A DNA stretch of 64,000 nucleotides. Origin: Balanoglossus misakiensis (lineage: Eukaryota > Animalia > Hemichordata). The DNA lies in assembly GCA_040954595.2 (NCBI GenBank), contig CM082587.2, positions 837,622-901,621 on the forward strand, written 5' to 3'. Made by a program: the position numbers and the translations under genes. Each line of letters opens with the position of its first letter. Positions within the stretch are counted from its first letter, which is position 1. Shown one piece after another: positions 10,584 to 23,500 of the stretch. The notes under the pieces were generated by a model. It saw nothing but the letters and a program-made list of their open reading frames with translations. It was not told the origin of the DNA and made no database searches.

Positions 10584-12985
10584 TTTATTTACATGTAAAA
10601 TACAATTTCTTCACAAACGTATCATGATTATTTTTTGCACATTCAGTCAAATTTTTCTTAAAAACTTCTACTTAAAAACAGAACAACTAGTAGTTTTAAA
10701 GTGCTGCGCTAACATATTTTTTTTTATGAATCACCTTGTGAGTTATACTCGGCTAGTTTAACACAGGGACCAGCTCCCAGTATCTAGTACACGTATTGGA
10801 ATGCCCAATTCAAATGGTCCCTCTTATCTCAATGACAAATTATACTTAAACAAAGAGTGATTAAATACTGGATGAATGATCTCTGGCAGTGATTTCATAC
10901 GATTTAATCCCCCCCCCCTCACACCCCTGTTTCCCTGTACATGGTTCCAACCTGCAATACAAAACAACAGGGCTGAACCAAAATTTGGTGGTGAAAAGAT
11001 AACCTGGCCCATCCCCCCTTCTCCTGAATAAGAAATTTTAATTGGACTATCCTATCTGACTGGCTGAATTGCCAGTGTTCAGACATCAAGCATGGGTAGA
11101 AGAATTTTGTACCATAACAATGAAAACACACTGCAATACATAGTCATGCAAAAGAAACTCTAGCTTTGTGAAATTCTCAATTGTCACTGGACAGCCCACA
11201 AATGTTACCCAGGTGTGACAACTAAGTATTATTGGTCAGTCAGTCTGACAGAAGTTGACCTGACTGTCCACAGTGTATGAGATGAACACCTGAAACTTCT
11301 GTGTTTCTTTGTCATTTTCAAACTATAATTGGTTGATCACAGAATTATTTTTTACTCTCTAAGACTGGCAGTCACTAACAAACATCCATATCTTAAATTC
11401 TCTTTTGTGTGAAATAAGTACAATATCATTTTGCAGCAACAAAGATCAGGAAGAATACAGAAGATGATAATGCTGTGTGTCACGGCCATTCATTCATTCT
11501 ACACTGAAAGCTGATTGGTCGGTTCTTCTAACAATGGATTGTCCTCAAAGATGATTGGCTACTGCTAATGAATTTAAAGTTATTTACAGGATAAAAAATC
11601 TAGACTATGGGTGTTGTTTTTGCTGGCAACAGCATCAACAAAGACGAGACTACAACAGTGAACGTTTAGCTCTAACTACAAAAATATAAGAACTATAGAA
11701 AGCCGGTTCAATCACAGACACCATAGCCTATTCCACCAATTGTATGATTTTTGCCACCTGGTTTTCTATTTCAAAAAGCAGAGAGTTGCACAAATGATTG
11801 GTCTATGAAACTGCCCATAAGCCTTACTATTCGTCTACCTCAACACCAGTGTCTGTCGCAGCCAATCAAAAAAATTCTATGATGTACATTTACATCACAA
11901 TGTGTGCAAGAAGTATGGTTGTAGGGCAGATTCAGATCAGTTGGTAACAGATTTCTGTGTCCACACAAACCTCAATGGTTGAACTTCTACCCTTTTTAAC
12001 ACAATATCCACGGGGCCCCTTGTGAAAATGACAGCCACTTCTCTTCAGAAAAACATGCCATGCAAAGCGTGAAACAAGGAAAACATAACAAATATATATT
12101 ACTCTTATATATATATTATTGGTTCCTTTGATAAGGTTGACCAAACTATATGCTACATATGACAGGACTTAATAAATAAAGAATTGACTGGTCATTGGTG
12201 TTTATGCATACCAAACATGTTTACAGATTTTCTTCCCTACCTTGCTGGTAAAGATGTAATCAAACTGTGATTTAAAATACATCTTGATTGAGTGGTGTAG
12301 GTGACTACACAACTGAAAACCTGTCTCAACTGTACCCTGTTGCACTGTACATGTTACCAAGAATCTCTGTGCAATGATGTTTTACAGGTTTCACAGTATA
12401 AGTCGCGTCAGGATCTTTATTCGCTAAGTACTGGCCCCCATCTCAGGGGTTGACCTCTGCCCCCTTTTTGGAGTCCCAAGAATTATAAAATTTTCACAAT
12501 CTTAACACTCAACGTGATTATCTTCCTCCCAACAATTTATGTAGGGTTTCCAAAACATACAATTGGATACATTATTTTCTGATGAAATGCAAGTACAATG
12601 AAGTCCACAAGAACTAAGTAAACATCAGGCAAAAAACGAAAATATTGTTATCGTTGAAAGTTTAGTACCATCCCATGGTTGTCACATATAATTAGGGTTA
12701 ATCTATCCTATTATAAAATAGCTGTTATCAGTTAAAAGTCTTTGACTTTCAAATCTATGTCTCCTCACTGTAAAAAACAAACTGCCTGAATTTTCATATA
12801 AAATCTTACTCACAAGATATGTTTTTATATATTATGTGATTACACAAAAAAAACTTAATTATGATTGTTTTAAAAGGCAAATTAAGAAGCTGAGTTTTCA
12901 AGTGGCAGTTATGTGATGATTATAGGTTTTTTGTCTCTCTGCTATGGGTTTGCATTACACATTGGGTTAAGATGACACTGAGTTT
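10584..12985 (-). other. Probable long Notch 3' UTR with candidate poly(A) signals
   Basis: Non-coding AT-rich stretch after the Notch stop. AATAAA on the minus strand at 12416-12421, 10584-10589 (followed by a GU-rich tract) and 10169-10174. The true end needs transcript data. Confidence 0.55.
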
Positions 12986-14518
12986 TTAGATGTATATTGC
13001 AGTTGATGTTCTTGCAGGAGGCTGGTGTTGATGTTGGCTGTTGGGGTGACTGGTGGGAGGGCTAGAAATTCCTTCTGACCAGCAATCAGAGTGAGGTGAA
13101 GAGCTTGACCACTGTCCTGGGGAGTCAGGCGATGGGGTCAGATAATTCTCAGGCAGTGACAGGTTGTTGATGTGGTTTGGAGTGTTCTCTACGCTTGAGG
13201 GATTCAAATGGCTATGCTGAGAGGGCGGAGTCGGGTATTTTTCAGCTGCCGCGGCAACGACGTGTTGCGTGACTGTGGTCTGAGGTAGCTGGGTTTGAGA
13301 ATGATGCGAGTTATTCTGGCCGGCCATTGGATGCGGTTGGCCATCTTGCGGGCCCATGACGTTGATTGGAATAGCACCATTGGAGATTTGTGTGACAGGG
13401 ATGTCTGTAGTGGAACTGCGTGCAATGCTGTAATGTGGTGGAGCATGGCTGGTGTTGGAGTGGATGTAGGTTGATTGAGTTGGTTGCTGCTGCTGCTGTT
13501 GTTGTTCCTGTTGTTGTCTGTTGTTTGCCAAGGCTTGAAACGCTGCGATCTGCGACGGCGAAGTGACGAACGATGTTCCAGAGGCAGTAGTGACAGGAGG
13601 AGAGCCTAAAGCATGACCACCGATGTCCAGATTGGGCTGTGAACTATGATGAGCTGGCAACTGTTGCTGCCTGGTCTGATTGGCCGACATCTGGTGACCC
13701 CTGCTACGCTGCACTGAAGCTATCCAATCCGAAGGCACAGAAACCGGCGCAATGACACAATCCAGTCCCAGTCCACTGTTGCTGAGAACCATGCCGTTGT
13801 TGGCTTGACATGAGCTGCTGGAAGGAGGAGGATGAGAGAGTCTTGGAGCTGCTGCTAGGTTGTCATCATAATACTGACCTAAGGGTTGGCCGTTCATGGT
13901 TGCCATAGTGTCCATGCTTGGAATATTGGGATGTGACAATGCCATGGTGTTGTTAGGATAGATGCCTGACATCATCGGCGGTGATGGCTCGTGATAATTG
14001 GGAGGAGATTCTAATGAGTTGACAGGAGATAACGCAGCTGATGTCTCTGTTGAATCTCTTTTCTTCTTCCCTTGTTTCCTTGACGATGGCGGAGGTGCTT
14101 GAGAATGATCCTTTGCACCTAGCATGTGTCCCTTGGGACTGAGTTCATTGATGCCTCCATTGGGCATGTTTGGACTGCTATGGTTATGACTGCTGTTATG
14201 ATGGTGTCCATTCTTGGACTTGTGGGCTTTCCTCTTATACTTCCCGTTCCCATGCACGCTGGGAAGGAAATTGCCCGAGCACATTTGGCTGGGGCTAGTC
14301 ATTGGTCCATTTGCCATGGAAACTGCCATCTGGGGGCTTTGTACAATATTGTATTCCTCCAACAATTTGACGATGTCGGTGTGCATTCTATCCTGTGCCA
14401 TGTCTCTCGGTGATCTGTCCATGTGGTCAGTTATTTCCCTGTTTGCAAAATGATCCAAGAGGCATTTTGCACTTGCAAAGCTTCCTTCTCTTGCCGCTAA
14501 AAACAACGGTGTCTCTTC
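12986..14518 (-). CDS. Notch: Notch last exon: end of ANK domain, TAD, poly-Q (OPA), PEST
   Basis: [13 protein letters not shown]...[18 protein letters not shown]; [12 protein letters not shown]; [19 protein letters not shown]. Acceptor at 14519-14520, so the ORF-track 'M' at 14575 is intronic. Confidence 0.96.
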   Translation of the reverse strand, partial: EETPLFLAAREGSFASAKCLLDHFANREITDHMDRSPRDMAQDRMHTDIVKLLEEYNIVQSPQMAVSMANGPMTSPSQMCSGNFLPSVHGNGKYKRKAHKSKNGHHHNSSHNHSSPNMPNGGINELSPKGHMLGAKDHSQAPPPSSRKQGKKKRDSTETSAALSPVNSLESPPNYHEPSPPMMSGIYPNNTMALSHPNIPSMDTMATMNGQPLGQYYDDNLAAAPRLSHPPPSSSSCQANNGMVLSNSGLGLDCVIAPVSVPSDWIASVQRSRGHQMSANQTRQQQLPAHHSSQPNLDIGGHALGSPPVTTASGTSFVTSPSQIAAFQALANNRQQQEQQQQQQQPTQSTYIHSNTSHAPPHYSIARSSTTDIPVTQISNGAIPINVMGPQDGQPHPMAGQNNSHHSQTQLPQTTVTQHVVAAAAEKYPTPPSQHSHLNPSSVENTPNHINNLSLPENYLTPSPDSPGQWSSSSPHSDCWSEGISSPPTSHPNSQHQHQPPARTSTAIYI

Positions 14519-17500
14519 CTGTGAGCAGAAACAAAAAATAATACTTAAAAATGACTGATTCACCACACATATCACATTATCAGGAGTTCAATACTTTTTC
14601 TACATTTGTCCACACACAAACATATATTTACCTTTTCATCTTGTATGTCTTTATTTGCACCTTGATTAAGTAATGTAGTTGTAGCATCCACATTGTTGAC
14701 TGCTGATGACCAATGTAGAGCAGACTTTCCTGCAGGCAACAGAAGAAAAAACACAAACGTTGGCACTCTTCATTTCTCTTACTGCACAAAGGGCAGAACG
14801 AAGCCAGAATGACTCGAGTGAGATAGATTTCTTGGAACATTTCACAGAGTGATGATTCAAAAACCTTACCTGCATTATCGACAGCATTGAGATCAGCACC
14901 AGCGTTGATCAGCTCATCCACCATATTCTCTATGGCCAGACGGGCAGCAAGGATCATGGGAGTAGTTCCATCTAATGTTTTTGCATCCAGGTTAGTGGCA
15001 CGATTGCGCAAGAGAATCTGTAGGTGAAGAATTTGCAGAGATGAAGCAAAGGTTTCATAGCAAACCAGACAAACTTTCAATTATGTCCTAGCAAGTTTGG
15101 TATAGCCCTATTTTCTGTTGCAGAACTGGCCAAGTGTTCAATGTATACCCCCCCCCCCCAACCAAAAATAGTTACTCCGTGCCATACCTGAAACACTCCC
15201 TGGGCATCTGCAGCGACTGCCGCATGAAGTGGTGTTCTTCCGGTCAAATCCTGGGCATTGGCGTCTGCGCCGGCATCAAGCAGAGTTTTAGCAGCATCAG
15301 CTCTGGCATATCTGGCTGCCAGATGCAAGGATGTCTCACCTGGAAAATAAACACGGAAAAGATCTCAATACATGATGCGATTCCAGATCTGAAAATAATA
15401 CTGTTTCTGAATACACATTCAGCCAATTGTCTTTCACCAAATACAGACAATCATTGTTACCTGTTCTCTCTGTAGTAGCTGATGGACAAGCACCCTGTGT
15501 AAGAAGATCTGTAATGATGGAAGCTGATCCATCGTCCAATTCACTTTCATCGTATCCTGTACGGCATGACACTAGCATCAGTGGAGTAAAGCCTCCTGTT
15601 GGGTACAAACACAAGATATCAGAGATTTTCAAGTTTTAATTTAACAGGACTAAAACCTTAGGTACAAGACAATATTAAGGCAACTGAGTACATAATGTTG
15701 GGGAAGTTCTAAGCATGGCCACATGAAACACAATTTCCAATACACATTTTGCATTCACAGTCAATCTTCATAGACTTCAATTATCACAACTTCTCCTCCA
15801 CATACCTGGACCACGGACATCAACATCCAGCTGATCAGCATCTTCATCTTCTCCTTGTGGAGGTGTCAATGCCAGTGATGGTGGGATGGGAACATCTGCA
15901 GCATTGTAATGTGATTTGGACCACAATCGGTGGTCTGTCTCGTCTCCTCCAGGTACGCTGTGGTCTTGATCACTGTGTGAACTCGTGCTTGGACTTGGTT
16001 GTTCAGTCTGGATAATGGAAACAACTTTGAATTATTTACAAATCCCTAATAGACAGCTTGATTGTCCTGTGCAATGCTTCCATTAGAGGAACATATAATA
16101 AAAATTCCAGCGCCAAAGAATTGTTATGTCTTAGAGGGTAAACTCTTCACCATACCTTAATTCTTTTCTTCATGGGTTCGGGCGAAACAGCTTCCCCATC
16201 CCAATGCATGGAGTTCCTCACATTGGCATCATTATCATTAGCATCAGCCCCTCCTACGGCACCATTGGGTACACGATGAAGATTCCTATCAACAAACAAA
16301 CAGTCAATGTCAGTAATGCTCCCAGGTAACACCTTTCACATGGTATTCGAGTGAGACTATTGTAATGATTTCTCCAATAATTACTCATTGTCCATTAAAC
16401 ATCAATTCATTTCCTTCGATATTTTGAGACACACACCTTAAATCAAACGAGTCTTCTCCAACTGGTTCCTTCCTGCGGGATCTTCTACGACCACTATCTC
16501 TCTTGTTGGTGAAAGTCTTATCAAAATTCTCTGGGAACCACAGCTGACCTTGCACTTTACGCTTCCTGGCAGCAGACACCAGAACACCAAGGATGATCAC
16601 GACAAGGACAATCGCCACAGCAGCCACTAATACCCACACTAAGTTACTGGGAATTTCAGGCTGTGAGCCTCCACCACCTTCACCTGTGAAGACAGATTTG
16701 AAACGATGTTATACCTCCAAGTCCCAGTTTGACAAAAAATCTTTGTTGTTAAAATTTTCAGGGTACAGAAACAGCAGAGATGATCATCAATCTCTGACAG
16801 ACTTTTTCAGCAAGGTGTCCACTTACTTCCCACACTGTGTATTTGATATCCAGCCACATTCAAACTGTCTTTGGAAGATTTTGCGGCCAAGAATGAAGCT
16901 GCATCCTCAGCTGTATCAAAACACTGCTGATCAGAGGAGTAACACTTCTTATTGTCCAGTTTCAGATAAACCTTGGATCTGAAAACACAGCAAAGGAGTT
17001 ACACGTCAAACAAAATATCATATGCGTGCTCTAAAAGGAACTATGCTTTAGGACATTTAAAATTCCTGGCTTTCCAAGAGTTTTTCTAGTGATTTTTCAG
17101 GACTATTGAGGTCAAAATGCTGTTTTCCAGAAAGAAGTACCTACCCAGAAAGGGCTTCCCTTTTGACACGATCAACATTTAGTCCTTGGTAGAATCTTGA
17201 AACTGCGCTGCGTCTAAATCGGAAGCCGTCCTCACTCCATGGATAAATCATCTCTGTTCCGTTGGAATCCTTGGCAAAGACCACCACAGTTCGCAAGATG
17301 TGACCCACTTCTCTCAGGAATTGATTGGACGTGTTGCGGATCACTTCCGGAGGCTCAAGTACAATGATGATCAAGACTCCAGCAGCATAGCGCGACGGAG
17401 TGCCATCACAGTCAAAACCGTCCCATCCACACTCAGCAGTGTTGCAACCAGAATCGCATTCACCATTTTGGTAGTTCAGTGTGCAATACTGATCGTAAAG

Positions 17501-20500
17501 TGGACTGAAAGAAAATATGAAGCAGTGTTAACACTGTGTCTCTTTTTGCTCACTCACAACCATATGTTCTGAAATGTGCAGCAGAAATCTGTGATATGAT
17601 CTGATATGTATGAAAATTGTAGTAGAGAATTTCACTTACTTGCATTCATCAACTGGTCCTTCACAATCAAAACCATCATACAAACATTTCTCACTGTTAC
17701 ATTCTGGGTCACATCTGTCATCTTGGAACACTTCCCAACACTTAATAGACGTATCAGTGCAGTTTTCCCATGGAAGTAATCCCAAGGAACAGTCTTTCCC
17801 ATCCCAGGCACATTCGTAGGTATTGCATTCTTTCTGTGTACGGCAAAAGAATAATGAAGACTTGTCAAGAACTGCGAAATCATTCATCACAAAAGTAATA
17901 ATCACGAACTACGGTGGTGAAAAGGGTTAAACTGATCAAAAATAATCCATAAGCTTTAACTAAGTCTTACATCACATATTCCATTGCCATGTTTGGCGCT
18001 GCAACCAGGAATGGGACATTCCCGTTCCGTCATGACTTCAGTCGGGACGACAGGCGGTGGTTGTGGCGTAGCTGGTCTCCCGATGCCCCCTGGGAAGTTT
18101 GGATCGAAGACATGGCACTGGACACCGTTGTACTTGGGTGGACACTCGCACTGATAATATCCGTATTCATCTTGGCATATTCCACCGTTCTTACAGGGGG
18201 ATGATGCACACTCATTGATGACGTCTAACTGACAGTTGTCACCAATCATTCCGGGTTTACAATGGCATCTGTAACTGGATTCTGTCGGTTCACAAGTCCC
18301 ACCATCCCCACACGGATTCGGTTGACAACGGCTTTCCAGCAAGTGGCACTCACTGCCTGTATAACCCTGCAAAATCACAAGAAATTCTCAAAGTCAATCT
18401 GTGTACATCTCTGAAAGATCTGAGGAACTTTTCAAAATGAAGATGGCAAAGGCAGAACATTACAACATTACGGATGAGCAGTTACTTACAGGTTGGCATT
18501 CACAGACATAACCATGTCCAATGTCAGTGCATCCTCCATTGACACAAGGATTTGGATGACAGAAATCCACTTCTAACTCACACTTTTGACCTGAGAAGAA
18601 GACGGAGAGTAAAAGTTAGCAAATTACAATAAATTTCATGTTTTATTTCAGGAGGGGGATCCCTTTGATAGATACTTGCATATCCCTCATACACATTGAT
18701 ACAGATAATCATTCCATTACTTAATCAAACTCAGGGAAACTCGACACAGAACTGTCAACAGCTATACTCACAGTTCTTGTTATTAACAGAAAGACTGATG
18801 CAATACTCAACTTCATGGAGAATTTCAAATGTGAAACTTTACCTGTATATCCCACTTTGCAATCACAGCGGTACTCATTAACAAGTTGTACACAGTCTTG
18901 TGTACCAATCGCAGAGCACGGGTTAGAGAGACACTCATTAACATCCCCTTCACACCGTGTTCCAACAAAACCCGGATGACAGATACACACAAAGCCACCA
19001 ACACGATCTTCACACTCTCCCCCATGGTGACATGCACCTGGGTAGCAGTCATCGGGGTTGATATCACAATTGTCACCTGACAAATATACAAAATATTGAG
19101 TTAATGTCATTATATCACATATCTTTGACTACAGGCAATGAATATTAGCAAAGAAATTCGAACAATACCATTATGTTATAGGTGTACTTACCAAGAGTTC
19201 CTGAGGGACAAGAGCACTTGTAGCTGTCCACCAAATCATGACAGACCCCACCATTTTTACACGGAGAGCTACTGCAGTCATCAATATTGACTTCACAGTT
19301 ATCTCCAGTGAAACCTCTCCGGCAGGAACATGTATATGTTCCAATTTCACTGAAGCATTCGCCACCATTCTGGCAAGGAACAGACTGGCATTCATCAATC
19401 TCAAACTGGCAATAGCTTCCCTCGTAACCAGTGACACACTCACAATAATGGCTGTCGACAGTGTTGACGCAGGTTCCACCATGCTGACACAACTCTTGCA
19501 ATGACATTCCTGGAGAGCAGAGAATCATGTTAATCAGTTGTGGTGTCAGATCTCGACTTAATTACAAGAACTTTTTACAAGCACCTATTGCATACGGTAT
19601 GTCTAGGACTTTCTGACATTAACACTATCTGAAATTGAATGACTGGATTACCTTTGTTTTCCGCAGCTACAGCACAAGAAACCATGGTAACATCGCACAA
19701 CAAGCCAGTCCATCCAGGTAGACATGCACAGGTGTACTCTGCACCAACCTGGTTGCATGTTGCACCATTGCGACACATATTGTCTTGCCCACTGCACCAG
19801 TCTCTGACAGTCTGTAAGGGCAGAGTTAAGAATATGAACATGTTAACACAGAAAGCACAAGGGGCTGATCTTTTGCAAAGTTGTTTTGCCTGTTGGATGA
19901 TTTATAGAATAAAATACAGCCCACTGAGAAGACAATGTACATCGGGGCAACCTCTATCTGTCCATACACCCTTCTCCTTAGTCTAGCGCCCTCACACAGC
20001 CATTATGAGTTGAAGTTGACCAATCACATCAATGGTTTTTCCCTATTGGCCTTGCTTTGAATTCAAATGCATGATGAGGGCAATAGACTTGTGAAAAGAG
20101 TGTACAGCATACAAGTAACACATGTAACCCATCAGTAGTATGACAAGAGAAATTCTGAGTTTCAGGCCGACTAACCTCACAGAGGGTTCCATAGAATCCC
20201 GGCGGGCAATTACATCGGAAGAAGCCGGATTGATCGATGCATGTTGCACCATTCAAACAGGGATTGGATTCACATTCATTGACATGGTACTGACAGTTGG
20301 GGCCTTTGTAGCCTCGCTTGCAGAGACAGGTGTAAGAGTTGACTTCATCAATACAAGTACCACCATACATACAGGAACTGAAAATAGTCAAAGAAGGTGT
20401 GATTAGTTGAGGCTAAGCATGCTTGATTTCAAACAAGTTTCCTTGGTAATATTAAAATTCCCTGCAAAAGTGTTCCTCAACATGGTTGTACAAACTCTGT

Positions 20501-23500
20501 ACCACTTCTGACATCATCATATATCAATGTCTCAAATTTTGACCAGCCTGGTTCTCAAGAGTAAAGAAAACCCCATGAAGGACATCTTACCTGTCTGTAC
20601 AGTCCATATCATTTGTCTGACAATAAGTCCCACTAAATCCCAACGGACATGTACATGTAAAACTGTCCACATAATCGTTACACGTGGCGCCATTCATACA
20701 GGGATCGGATGAACATTCATCAACTTCAACATTGCAATTCTTCTCCGTAAAACCAGGCACACAGGCACACTGATAGTCTTCAATCTCATCAATGCAAGTG
20801 CCACCATTCTGACAGGGATCTGATTGCAAAGAAAACAATGGTTAGGTTTCATTAATTTAACCCTTCCACCACCATGGTTCAGTCCAAATTTATTGATTTC
20901 CAAATCTATTGAGTTGGGACTCTCCCAGAGTTCATTTCATTTTCACAGATCTATCAAGAAGCGCTCTAACCCTGAAAACCTTGCAAGTCAGTTTTCGTCT
21001 CACCTGGATCACAATCATCGATATTATTTTCACAGTTGTCTCCATCGTATCCACCCATACAGCGACAGAGATAGGATCCATGGGTGTTGCGACAGGTTGC
21101 TCCATTCTGGCATGGTGAAAATGCGCATTCATCCACATCATCTGCACAACGCATACCTTGGAATCAAAGTGATTGAGAATGGACATTAGCACAGTGTTTC
21201 AAGCAAGGAGTGTGTTTATCAAATGTACATGAAAGTGTGATGAACAAACCACAAACTGCAACAAGATTTATCCTTAGATGTGAAAGCATATGTGTGCCAT
21301 ACATTGGGCTCATATAATAACTTGTAAGTGATTAGTAATAGGGTTCAACTATGTCTCAAGAAACATTACCTGTAAATCCACCAACACAGGAACAGGTATA
21401 ATCCTGGTAAGTCGGAGTGGGTACACAGGAAGCTCCATTCTCACATCCGTGGTTGACACAAGGATCCAGCATATCTTGGCAGAAGCTACCAGTGTAAGGG
21501 GGGTTACAAACACACATGAAGTCGTTGATAAGATCGATGCAAGAGGCCCCATTCGCACACGGTTCCATCTCACAGTCATCAATATTGGTCTCGCAGTTGA
21601 CTCCAGAGAAACCAGTCGTACAGGAACAGTTGTAACCGTTCAAATAATCACGGCAAACTCCGCCATGTTGACACGGGTTAGATGAACATTCATCGAAATC
21701 AATCTCGCATCTCTGTCCCGCATATCCAGAAAGGCACCGACACGAAAATTCATTAACTCCATCCACGCATGTGCCACCATTAACACATGGATCACTGGAG
21801 CATTCATCAACATCAGAGAGACACAAGGCATCGTAATATCCTGGTGGACAATCGCAGGTGAAACTGTTGATTCCATCGATACATACTCCTCCATTAGCAC
21901 AGGGGTTACTGCTGCATTCATTGACGTTGATTTGACAGAGATGACCACGATAGCCGGGTGCACAGTAACACATGTAAGAATTGATCTGATCCTGACATGT
22001 GGCTTGGTTTTGACAAGGATTACTGGCACATTCATTAACGTTAATCTCACAGTCATCACCTGTGTGGCAAAAAAAGTTTACGTATTAAAATCACTACACA
22101 AAGAAATCACCATTAGCTTTAACCCTCTCACCCCTATTTCCCTGTATAGAGGGATCCAACTTTCCCACAGAAAACAATGAAGTTGGACCAAACCATGGTG
22201 GTGAAAGGGTTAAGTATGGGTTATCCCAGGTTATACGTAAAACAGGAGTGTACAAGTCTTATTTGCAGGATATCAGATATAGGTTAAGTATGGGTATAGC
22301 TACTTGTATTAATGTGAATTATTTCTTCAGTGTACCATGGCACAGACTTATTTGTTAAGATGTAAGTAACACCACCAATTCTAATTGTCCACTACTGTCA
22401 AACATTTCCCGCCTTCTCATAAATTGGCACAGACTCTAAAATTGGTCAGAATTTCCCTCTCTCTTCTTGTAACTCTGTTTTTAAACTTTCTTTCAAAGTT
22501 TTAGTTTTTGCCTAACTGTCCGACATTGTGATTCCAATTAACTTTCTGCCGAACTCTCTCACTCTTTCTGCTAACACACAATCAGATTTTCTGCTTAACT
22601 GTTCCGACATTACTTGCCTAACTTGGGGCTAGGGAAGCTCATGCATGATCTCAAACACCTCCCCTCTTTCCTACTTGGTCTTGCACAATTTTGACAACAC
22701 AGTTCCACTTACCAGTGATACCAGTGACACAGTCACACCTATATCCGTTGATCTGATCAGTGCAAGTTCCACCAAACTTGCATGGATTACTGGCACACTC
22801 ATTTATTTGAATATCGCAGTCTTTTCCCTGATATCCAGGATGGCAACTACATGTGTACATGTTGACACCATCCTGACAGTCGCCATGGACACAAGGAGAT
22901 GGATTGCAGTCATCTATATTGGTTTCACAGTATCTACCAGTAAAACCTAGACGAAAGAATTCACGAGAAGAATTTCACATTACTTTGCTGTCAATCTCAA
23001 ACTCAGAGGTTTGTCTACAAGTTTCAGAATATTGAATTTAAAAGTTGCAGAGAGCGATACCGGAAGGAAGCTTTCATACCTCGAATACACTGACAGATGA
23101 AGCCATTGACACGATCGACACAAGTTGCACCATGTTGACACGGAGCTGGAGCACACTCATCGATGACGATTTCACAGTTGCGTCCTTGATATCCAGCTGT
23201 ACACTCACAATAGTATTGGTTGATATCGTCGATGCAGTATCCTCCATTCTGACACGGGTCGCTATCACATTCATCGATATCGATTTCACAGTTAATGCCT
23301 CTATACCCTGTAAATACAAACAGTTTTTATGTTGGAAGACCTTTTCTGGGTTATTGTCAAGAAAATACAGTTTACTGATAGATTCGAAGGTGACTGGGGG
23401 CTTTTTTCAAAAGTTGTGACACTTCATACAATACAGAGTATGACACAGTGGATTAAAACATGATATGTCGAAGGAATGTCTTTAAATTTTTTTGAAATCT

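Noticed and set aside
10100-12985. Several K-box-like TGTGAT words in the Notch 3' region
   Set aside because: A common 6-mer in AT-rich DNA, and the cognate miR-2/11 family is protostome-specific whereas this sequence looks deuterostome.
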